A DNA stretch of 64,000 nucleotides, from assembly GCA_965248435.1 (NCBI GenBank), contig OZ252100.1, positions 4,224,001 to 4,288,000 of the forward strand, read 5' to 3'. Numbering within the stretch: position 1 is the first letter of the stretch; each line of letters begins with the position of its first letter. This document shows, in pieces, positions 1 to 8,600 of the stretch. Below the pieces are notes generated by a model that saw nothing but the letters and a program-made list of their open reading frames with translations, ran no database searches and was not told the origin of the DNA. This stretch comes from Candidatus Latescibacterota bacterium. GTDB taxonomy: Bacteria > Latescibacterota > UBA2968 > GCA-2709665. The translations under genes and the position numbers were made by a program.

Positions 1-1
1 C

Positions 2-85
2 ACGCTCGTTGAGGCGACGGTGGGCGGTCTTCTGGTGGGGGCGATCATCAAAGAGACAAGGGCAGCATCCGGGGCGGACGGGTAG
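2..85 (+). CDS. 3' end of a gene entering from the left (hydrophobic C-terminus, possible membrane protein)
   Basis: Frame 2 reads TLVEATVGGLLVGAIIKETRAASGADG* with TAG at 83-85. Confidence 0.45.
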   Translation, partial: TLVEATVGGLLVGAIIKETRAASGADG

Positions 86-139
86 GATGATCCACGTGAG
101 AGGGAGGTTGGAATTCGCTTCAGACTGAATGGGGAACGT

Positions 140-1000
140 ATGCGGATCACACACAGTTGGACGGACGACACGGCGACCATCAAAGTGGAAGGGCTTGAAG
201 CACCCGTCACGATGTTGCACGTGACAGACCCTCACGTGGGGCTGGTCGATGAGCGAGACTCAGATTACTTGCAGGCGTGTGAGGCATTTAACGACAAGAA
301 TAATGTCCTCAGAAGACACGATGCCTTTCCAGAGATGATGGGGAATGCAGGTGACCTGGAAATCGATGTTGTTGCCTTGACGGGAGACATTGTTTCGTTT
401 CCCTCTCAGGCGGCGATCGAGTTTGTGAGCGAAGCCCTGTCGAAGCTGGACACGGAGGTTCTATATACGTGCGGCAATCACGACTGGCACTTTCCAGGGT
501 TGGATGGCCGCGAAGAACTGCGCGAGAAATGGTGGCCTGTGCTGAATCGGCTTCACGGCGGGGAACCTGAATTTTCAGTCCGCGAACGAGGAGGCATTCA
601 GTTCATGCTCCTGGACGATTCGACCTATCAGATCAGCGAGGCGCAACTCGACTTTGCAAGAGGGGTCTTGGACAACGGAAAACCGACGGTCCTGCTTACA
701 CACATCCCTATGAGCACCGCCACCCTTCGGCCCGCGGCCATAGAGAGGTGGGAGGCGCCTATTCTAATCGGGGACCCCGATTGGGGTCCAAATAGCCGCG
801 AAAAGTGGGAGGCTGGGGAGGATCGGCAATCCACCGTGGAGTTTGTGCGCACGATTTCCCGCGCGGAGAACCTGGTCGCCGTATTCTGCGGCCACATCCA
901 CTTTCCTCATGCCGATGCGCTCGGTCCCACGGCGATTCAGTACGTTGGCGCGCCCGCGTTCGATTCTCGCTGGCGAATCGTGGAGTTCCTGCCGCTGTAG
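140..1000 (+). CDS. Calcineurin-like metallophosphoesterase
   Basis: Motifs DPH, TGD, GNHD, THIP and GHIH in canonical order. Confidence 0.9.
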   Translation: MRITHSWTDDTATIKVEGLEAPVTMLHVTDPHVGLVDERDSDYLQACEAFNDKNNVLRRHDAFPEMMGNAGDLEIDVVALTGDIVSFPSQAAIEFVSEALSKLDTEVLYTCGNHDWHFPGLDGREELREKWWPVLNRLHGGEPEFSVRERGGIQFMLLDDSTYQISEAQLDFARGVLDNGKPTVLLTHIPMSTATLRPAAIERWEAPILIGDPDWGPNSREKWEAGEDRQSTVEFVRTISRAENLVAVFCGHIHFPHADALGPTAIQYVGAPAFDSRWRIVEFLPL

Positions 1001-1058
1001 AATGTGGCGATTCTAGGTAGGCCTTAAGGGGAATTGTCACGCGGATCTGTCTGGGATG

Positions 1059-2228
1059 TCAGGCCGTATCCTCCGGGTAGTTGAAGAGGAGCTTCGGGTT
1101 GGCGGCCCGCACCTCGGCGATGGGCAATCCGAGTTCCTTGCGGACGATGTTCGTACCCCTGACCAGCGCCACCATTTTGTAGCGCGCGATTCGACGTGAG
1201 AGGCCCTCTCGACCAAAGCCGCAGTCGGTGGTGATGATCAGGCGCTCGACAGGGATGTGTTTGAGCGCCTTTCGGATGAGTGCTGCGACCTGCTCCGGGC
1301 TCTCGACGGGGGTCCTGAGGTGGCTGATCACGCCAACACCGATCTTCTTGTCGGACTTCATGTTCCCGATTGCTTCCAGGTCTTCTCCATCCGTGCTGGC
1401 GCACTCAAACGTGATCACATCGGCATTGAGCTCGAAGAAGGCCTCCAAAGCGGGTTTGTAGGTTTGTGCTCCCTTGGTCGTTTGCTGTGCCGGGTTTCCC
1501 CAGCAGGTGTGTGCCCACACCTCTGTCTTGACCCCTTCGACCTGCCGATCGAAGGCCTCGTTAAGGAGGTCCAGGTCGCTCAGCTCACGATCGGCGTGGC
1601 CCACCATGCAGTGATGGACCGGCTCCTCGATCTGGATGATCGGGCAGCCCGCGGCGTCTAGCTCGCGGTACTCGGCGTTCATGATGTCTGCCAGAGCGAG
1701 AAGGAGATCCCGGTAGGAATCGTAGGCCTCGTTCCTGATCATGTGGGTCAGGCTGTCTACGCTGATGGCGCCGAACTTGACCGGTTTGTCCGTCAGCCTT
1801 TGGGCGACCTGCCAGACGGCCTTGTAATGGAGCGGGCCGGGCGTCACTTCCCTGACCAGCGTGGGCTGCCGGTAAGACTCCATCAGTTCCCAGATGATCT
1901 CCCCGGGACCGGTCCATTCCTTGAATCTGTCAATCACATCACTATCGCCTTCAAAACCGCCCATGCGCTCCAGCGCGTAGAAGAACCAGCCTCTGCCCCC
2001 CACGTCATTATCGAAGCGCGCATCCCCATCCGTGACGATATCGAGACCGGCGTTCGTCTGGTCGTTGATGAACGCCCCAACCGCGTCGAAGTACTGCTCC
2101 TGGTAGACCCGGTCACTCAAGGCATTCTTGAAAGGGCGTCCGAAAAGGCTTTCCGTGTACCAGGAGGGCCTCGGAATTGAACCCACGATCGCGGTGGGCA
2201 GGACCATATCTGCGGTTGTCGTGATCAT
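1059..2228 (-). CDS. Cobalamin-independent methionine synthase II family protein (catalytic domain only)
   Basis: GSIPRP, GLDIVTDG, Zn ligands HTCWGN and TDCGF; start placed at ATG 2228 behind an AGGGG RBS. Confidence 0.85.
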   Translation of the reverse strand: MITTTADMVLPTAIVGSIPRPSWYTESLFGRPFKNALSDRVYQEQYFDAVGAFINDQTNAGLDIVTDGDARFDNDVGGRGWFFYALERMGGFEGDSDVIDRFKEWTGPGEIIWELMESYRQPTLVREVTPGPLHYKAVWQVAQRLTDKPVKFGAISVDSLTHMIRNEAYDSYRDLLLALADIMNAEYRELDAAGCPIIQIEEPVHHCMVGHADRELSDLDLLNEAFDRQVEGVKTEVWAHTCWGNPAQQTTKGAQTYKPALEAFFELNADVITFECASTDGEDLEAIGNMKSDKKIGVGVISHLRTPVESPEQVAALIRKALKHIPVERLIITTDCGFGREGLSRRIARYKMVALVRGTNIVRKELGLPIAEVRAANPKLLFNYPEDTA

Positions 2229-2384
2229 TGCTGTGCCCCTTTGTAGACTCAAAGTGAGGTTCGATATGCGATAAAATATAGGCTGGGTCGCGAGGGGTCA
2301 AACGGATTCGTTGTTCCAGGATTGCGGGGCTTGTCACTCGATTCGGCCGTGTTTGACCCAAGGAATCCATTGACAAATTCCTCC

Positions 2385-2412
2385 TTGACACAGCGAGAAG
2401 TTGGCGTACATT
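2385..2412 (+). promoter_or_regulatory. Sigma70-like promoter for the small ORF at 2529
   Basis: TTGACA-16 bp-TACATT. Confidence 0.45.
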
Positions 2413-2528
2413 TGTTTTGACCGCAATCCGGAATCGATTCCTCCCTGAATTCCCGCGGTCTTCCCCTGATTACACTACCTTGATCTGACTCTTCCCCTTA
2501 CATTTCTATCCTGCACGGGAGACTTGCT

Positions 2529-2765
2529 GTGTCCAGAGATACATTCACTGTGGACGACTGTGAGCTGTTGAAGTTGCTCGAAATGGGCTTGGGTGAGGCT
2601 GTGGCGGCAAAGCAGCTTGAAGCCTCGGCAACTGATGTTAATCGGATCGTAAAGGAGTTCCTTACAAGCGGCATCCTTCGCTGTGTAGGAGATCAGGAGG
2701 TTGTAGATTGGAAAGCCTACGGAAAATGGAAGCGCAATGGCAAAAATGGCTCAGGCAAGGAGTAG
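2529..2765 (+). CDS. Small hypothetical protein, possibly HTH DNA-binding
   Basis: GTG start after GGAG; AVAAKQLEASATDVNRIV resembles a helix-turn-helix. Confidence 0.6.
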   Translation: MSRDTFTVDDCELLKLLEMGLGEAVAAKQLEASATDVNRIVKEFLTSGILRCVGDQEVVDWKAYGKWKRNGKNGSGKE

Positions 2766-2912
2766 CTCAGAATAGTCGTTAACCTCTCAGCATTTTGGAT
2801 TCCTCTCAGGTTCAACCCCGCAGACTCGCCCACCTTCCTGAATTCGTCCTTCATCCCCGATGATGGTTCAAAGACGGCATCAGAGGAATCGGTTCAGCAA
2901 AATAGTTTCCTC

Positions 2913-2941
2913 TTGACATCCTGCGCGTGTGACTGCATACT
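2913..2941 (+). promoter_or_regulatory. Sigma70-like promoter of msrB
   Basis: TTGACA-17 bp-CATACT. Confidence 0.5.
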
Positions 2942-3001
2942 TCTCTAAGTTCGATGTTTTACTAGGCTTAAGTCGATTATAGGTATTCACAGGGGCAGAC
3001 C

Positions 3002-3397
3002 ATGTCAGAAGCTCAGCGTAAATCTGAAGAAGAATGGCGGCAACTCCTGACAGCTGACCAGTACCACGTGTGTCGCCAGGGGGGAACCGAGCGAGCATTT
3101 ACCGGGGAGTACTGGGACTGTAAGAATGATGGTATATACCGTTGTGTTTGTTGCAGAAACGAGCTCTTCAGTTCTGAAACTAAATTCGACTCGGGCACGG
3201 GCTGGCCGAGCTTTCACACCCCCTTGGCGCCGGATCGAGTTACAGAGTCTGAGGATGTGGCCATGGGCATGCGCCGCGTGGAGATCCGCTGCGGCGCGTG
3301 TGACGCACATCTTGGGCACGTATTCGATGACGGACCTGAGCCGACCGGGAAACGCTATTGCATGAATTCTGTGGCCTTGAGTCTGGATTCGGAGTGA
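3002..3397 (+). CDS. msrB: Peptide-methionine (R)-S-oxide reductase
   Basis: GTERAFTGEY, SGTGWPSF, HLGHVFDDGP, RYCMNS and two CxxC motifs. Confidence 0.97.
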   Translation: MSEAQRKSEEEWRQLLTADQYHVCRQGGTERAFTGEYWDCKNDGIYRCVCCRNELFSSETKFDSGTGWPSFHTPLAPDRVTESEDVAMGMRRVEIRCGACDAHLGHVFDDGPEPTGKRYCMNSVALSLDSE

Positions 3398-3430
3398 ATA
3401 ATCCGAATGGATGCCTAGAGAACCCGTGCA

Positions 3431-4270
3431 ATGGGAGGTCATACACAAAGATTGCTAGGAGTTCAGATCCTCCTGGGATGCTTTTTGGTTTACGTCGTGT
3501 ATTGCTGCTCGCTTTACCTGTTGCAGAGACACATCACTTTTCCAGGTGCGCGCATACAGGCCCCTCCAGCCGAAGCGGTTGAGGGCGTTGAGAAGATCTG
3601 GCTCGAGACCGGGTTTGGAAAGGTCGAGGCCTGGTATCTCTCGGCTGATCGCTTATCGGATGGTCGCAGCACTCCGGCGGTGATATTCGCACACGGAAAC
3701 GCCGAACTGATCGACCATTGGCCTGAGGCATTCAGGGCACTCACCTCCCGTGGATGTGGCGTGCTCCTTGTCGAATTCCCGGGGTTCGGGCGATCAGAGG
3801 GGTCACCCTCTCAGAAGAGCATCACAGAAGCCTTTCTCGCCGGCTATGACAGTCTCGTTGCCCGAGATGATGTAGACGACTCAAAGATCGTGTTCATGGG
3901 CCGCTCTCTCGGCGGAGGAGTTGCCTGCGCGCTTGCAAAGGGGCGGCCTTCGACAGCATTGATCCTGTTCTCGACCTTTACGAGCGTTAAGGCACTCGCG
4001 GGCAATTTCTTCTTTCCGGCCTTTCTGGTAAGGGATCCCTTCGACAATCTGAGTCTGGTAGGTTCATATTCGGGACCGACGCTGATCGTTCACGGCAGGC
4101 GGGATGAAGTCATCCCATACGATCACGCCGTGGCCTTGCACCGGGCCGCGAAGAGTGGGAAACTGATCACCTACGACTGTGGGCACAACGACTGTCCTCC
4201 AAACTGGGAGGAACTCTGGGGGGAGGTTGTATCGTTCCTTGAGGGGTCAGGAATTCTGGACGCGGGTTGA
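3431..4270 (+). CDS. Membrane-anchored alpha/beta hydrolase
   Basis: N-terminal TM segment, HGNAE, nucleophile elbow GRSLGG, HGRRDEVIP, GHND. Confidence 0.9.
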   Translation: MGGHTQRLLGVQILLGCFLVYVVYCCSLYLLQRHITFPGARIQAPPAEAVEGVEKIWLETGFGKVEAWYLSADRLSDGRSTPAVIFAHGNAELIDHWPEAFRALTSRGCGVLLVEFPGFGRSEGSPSQKSITEAFLAGYDSLVARDDVDDSKIVFMGRSLGGGVACALAKGRPSTALILFSTFTSVKALAGNFFFPAFLVRDPFDNLSLVGSYSGPTLIVHGRRDEVIPYDHAVALHRAAKSGKLITYDCGHNDCPPNWEELWGEVVSFLEGSGILDAG

Positions 4271-4334
4271 GAATTCCTATGTCACACGATTGTTTTTGGG
4301 ACGGACGGGCGAAACTGCCTGGGAGGAGTGCTGA

Positions 4335-5360
4335 ATGGCAAAACTAAGGGCCGGAATTGTCGGGTCCGGAAGTATAGCCGGTCTCGGTGGTAGAGTTCAT
4401 TCACACGCCGGAGGTTTCCGGTTTTGTGAAGGCGTCGATCTGGTGGCCATCGCAGATATCAATCCGGAGCGCCTGAACCAGTTTGGCGAGGAGTGGGAGA
4501 TCCCTCCTGAACAGCGTTATGGTCAAGCTGCGGAGATGTATGAGAAGGCCGATCTGGATATCGTGGACGTGACGACCCACAATATTCATCACCACGAGCC
4601 GGTGATTCAGGCGGCGGAAGCCGGTATCAAGGTGGTGATGGTGGAGAAACCCCTATCCGTCAGTGTCCATCTGGGCAAGAAAATGGTTGATGCCTGCGAG
4701 CGAAGCGGGAGCCGGCTGGTCGTAGATCATACGCGTCGGTTCGTCCCAGCATACCGCAAGTTGAGAGAGATGGTAAAAGAGGGGGCTGTCGGAGAAGTGA
4801 GAAGCATCATATTTACGGGCTCCCGACCCTTGCTGCACAACGGCACACATACCGTAGATTACGCCTTCTACTTCACCGAGGCACGACCTATACTGGTCTC
4901 GGGTTATCTGAATGATGAACCGGTCGCCGATCCTGGGGGAGGCGGGATGATCGTCTGCGAAGGCGGGCTGGTGATCTTCATTAATTGTATCGCTACTCGC
5001 AGAGAGTCGTATCCATCCGCAGAGATCGCCGGCACAGAAGGGCGAATCGTTTTCTCAGACCGCCCTAATTTTTGGTACCATGGGCCGATGGTGGAAGCGA
5101 AAGAGGCCTACGGAACCCGCTTCGATTTCAAATCGATCGAAATGGAGTCGTACGAGCCTGAAAGATACTTCTCTTTCGCAGCGCGCGAATGCGTGGACTG
5201 TTACCTGGAGGATCGAGAAAGCCTGTCCAGCGGACGGGACGGGTTGAAGGCACTCGAGGTGATCACCGCGATTCACATTTCCCACAAAACAGGGAATCAG
5301 GTGTCGCTTCCGATGGATGAAGCGTCAGAGAAGATGGAGATCCTGTCTACAGGGGAATAG
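4335..5360 (+). CDS. Gfo/Idh/MocA family oxidoreductase
   Basis: GIVGSGSIA Rossmann motif, VEKP, GTHTVD. Confidence 0.92.
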   Translation: MAKLRAGIVGSGSIAGLGGRVHSHAGGFRFCEGVDLVAIADINPERLNQFGEEWEIPPEQRYGQAAEMYEKADLDIVDVTTHNIHHHEPVIQAAEAGIKVVMVEKPLSVSVHLGKKMVDACERSGSRLVVDHTRRFVPAYRKLREMVKEGAVGEVRSIIFTGSRPLLHNGTHTVDYAFYFTEARPILVSGYLNDEPVADPGGGGMIVCEGGLVIFINCIATRRESYPSAEIAGTEGRIVFSDRPNFWYHGPMVEAKEAYGTRFDFKSIEMESYEPERYFSFAARECVDCYLEDRESLSSGRDGLKALEVITAIHISHKTGNQVSLPMDEASEKMEILSTGE

Positions 5361-5470
5361 AAAGATCGTATCTCGGATCTGGTGAAGCGTATCTCGTAAG
5401 GACCAGTTATGGACAACTGAGAAATCGAGGTTTCCGCGAAATACGAAGGTTCGATGATTTATGGGGTAGG

Positions 5471-5506
5471 ACCCCGGATATCCTGAATATCCGGGGTTTC
5501 TTTTTT
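5471..5506 (+). terminator. Intrinsic terminator
   Basis: ACCCCGGATAT/ATATCCGGGGT stem followed by a T-rich tract. Confidence 0.8.
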
Positions 5507-5529
5507 CTGAAGAAAAGTGAAAATCACGC

Positions 5530-5557
5530 TAAAGAGTCTAAAGTATTCTGCCGATAG
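5530..5557 (+). promoter_or_regulatory. Putative sigma28 (FliA/SigD)-type promoter
   Basis: TAAA-16 bp-GCCGATAG against consensus TAAA-N15/16-GCCGATAA, about 120 bp upstream of the 1710-aa gene. Confidence 0.5.
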
Positions 5558-5680
5558 TAGGATATGGGAGAAACCCAACTTTGCCCTCCCATGTCTAGTC
5601 GAAAATAAATATAACCAGTTGATTGTAATTAATTTATTACATATAAGGACAACCTCTCAATTCGTCATTCGGGGCCGTAT

Positions 5681-8600
5681 TTGAACCCTAGACGCCTACA
5701 TTGGCTGCTGGCCTTCCTGCTCGCTCTTGGGTTTTCGCGAGGGGTTTCGGCGCAGGTGATCAACCTCTTTCCGGATGAAGTCCCGAATGGGCTTCAGGCG
5801 GGGTCAGGTAAGCGGTTTCACCAGCGTTTCGACGTTCAGCTAACGAGCAACCCTGGGCAGAGTTCGAGGGGCCTGACCATTACCCTTCCGAGCGAACTGG
5901 TCTTCGTCCCCCTTTCGGTGACGGCAACCTCCACTAACGCAGCTGTAAGTACGTATTTTTGTTGTAACCCGACGGGTCAGACCCTTGCCTTCGGTTGGAC
6001 GAATGCGGTTGCACTGGGGGGTGAAACGATCACGATCGAGTTCGATCTGACGACGCCGACCAACTTTACTGGAGTGGCCGAAGGCGCCAGGGAGGACACA
6101 TCTTACATTTTCGATTTCTCTGCCGACGCGAACCAGACCGACACGGACGTACCCGTTTCAAAGTTTCAGAACCGACCGATCCGAGCTATTTCTTTCGCGG
6201 CCCCTGATTCTGCTACGGGTGATACGACTTCCGCGGGAGGTCGCTTTTTCAAGCTCGCGTTTCCAAGCAGCCTCCCTGACTACAGCCACACCGGTCTTGC
6301 TGGCCAATCCGTGAGTGCCACTTTTACGGACAACCAGACAGACGTCATCTACAGCTTCTATGTTTCGACCGATTCCAGCTTGATAGCAAGAACGCTGGAA
6401 ATGGCCCCCTTGCAGTTCTTCAATCTGAGGGCGGACGAAACGACAGGGAGCTCACCGTTGTTGGGAACTCGCCAGAACCCACGGGTTGTCCCATCGACGT
6501 TTATCCGCGAGAATTTTACGACAATCTTTTCGTCGGTAACGGCAGATTCTATCACTGGAATGGTCAGCCTCTCGGGTACTTCCGACAACTCTGTGTATTA
6601 TGTTTATGTGCTGGCGGATCCGGGCCCTGGAACCATTCCCTCCAATCGCCAGTTCGGGGGCAGCGCCAAAAAGGGTTTCGATCAGACGACGTTAGGAGCT
6701 TTCACGGGCGGCGTCTTTCTCGGCCGCAGTGGACCCTTGCTGGTGCAGCATCCTCCGGAGTTTGTCGTGGTTGGTTGGGATTACGATGACGACACCGGGG
6801 ATGATTTCGACAATACCGGCGTGATCCAGGTCCCGAGCGACATTATCGGCATGGTCGCAATTGACGCGAATCGGAAGGATAACCGGAACATTACATTGGA
6901 TTCGGGGGCATTCTTCGAGAAAGGGGCTGCGTTCGTCAGTCTCAACAGCGGACTCACACCTTCCCCGACGACGTTCGTGGAACTGCTGTGGCTCGCGCAG
7001 GATGACGACAATCCCTCTGACTTTGAGATGAGGATCTTCCTCTCGACAACGGGTGGGCTCACCGTGGCCGATTTGGTTGGCACGGGCCTCGACAGCTTGT
7101 CGAACTCCATAGTGGTAGCAGGCTCGGACACCTTGAGCATTGAAAATCGAAAGATATTATTCGTTGCACTTGAGCGGGATTCGCTCACCAATCTCGTAAC
7201 CTCCTTCACACCCAGGGGGGACTACTTCGTATACTTCGCGGCTACCGATGGGAATGATGACCACCGTATCCTCACTCAGGTGTCAAACGATCCCTTCATA
7301 GCGAGTCCGACGGCATCGGTCCTGTCCGTAAGGCACGCACCAAATCTGTCTGTAGACAATTTTTCGTTGAACGACTTCGACGGCACCGGTGACGGAGACC
7401 TGGACGTTATCACGGGCATCGATGTCTCTCAAATGTTCATAGATGCAGACGGTAAGGATTTGAACCTGGGCCCTGCCCAACGTGCGATTACGGTTTCATG
7501 GGGTGAGCCTGGACTGCCCGGAGACTCCGACATAGACGATGACGCGACGATCGAGGTCTATTTCAGCACCCGGTCGGACTTCCAGGATGTAAGGGGGAGC
7601 ATCGAATACACCAGCGGGAACTCGAACGGGGATGATCTGCTCGCGACTATTTCTCAGGGGAATTCAGATACACACAGGATTGGCCAAACCAGGGAGGACC
7701 CGGACGGACAATTCGACAACCAGTTGACCTGGGACCTCTGGAGCTACGTTTCCCCAGAGGGAACCGTACCCAGGACAGGCGTGCGATACTTCTTTTTCGC
7801 CCGTATGATTGGGGGCACCACGACCCGCCTGATCTCTTTGACGCGATTTGGTGCGTTAGACGTTACCGGCACCCCCATGGCTGCTAGTATCCTGCATCCA
7901 CCCTTTATCAGGCCGATTGAGCCTGCGCGAGACATCGCGGTCACCATGGATGAACCGGTCCTGATCTCATGGCAGGCAGTGGACGTGGACAACCAGGAGG
8001 CAGATGGACTCGTGGCCGTACCTGCCAACACGAGCGGGCGGATCTCACCAAACAGCGACACCGCATCTCCAAACATCCGGGTCCTCCTCACTTCAGTGGA
8101 CTGGGGCGTTGTGACGACCTGGGGCTCGATTACTGACTTTACGGCAGCGACAGGAAACGTCGATCGCTTCTGGGTCGGTAATTCTGGCGACGGTTCACTG
8201 GTAGAAGAGATCGAGTTGAACGAGGGCGTGGACAGCTCATTCGTCTTGTTGGGTAACCGGATGCGCAACAACCTTTTTTCTACCATCACTGGCACCACTA
8301 CCCCGTTGTCCACGGGAAGCCTGGAGCTCCAGACAAATCAAGGCGCAGGCGAAACCTATTTCGTCTACCTGGCCATTGATGATGGCCGGGATGGAACCGT
8401 AGCGGATGCCGTTGTGGGGGGGACGTCGAACACCAGAAACTTTGGTGCCTTCTCCCCGCTGGTAAGGGCGCCGGGAACGATTACCTTCACAGGCATCGTG
8501 CCGACGAATCCCCCGACAACCACACGGTTCATCGTTCCATCCCGGATGCAAACGATAATGGGGGAGGTAATTCAGTATCCCATCATCCCGGACGTTTCAA

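Noticed and set aside
2229-2400. SAM or cobalamin riboswitch upstream of the MetE-like gene
   Set aside because: No recognisable core motifs; a plausible promoter lies close to the start, leaving little leader. An Rfam scan would settle it
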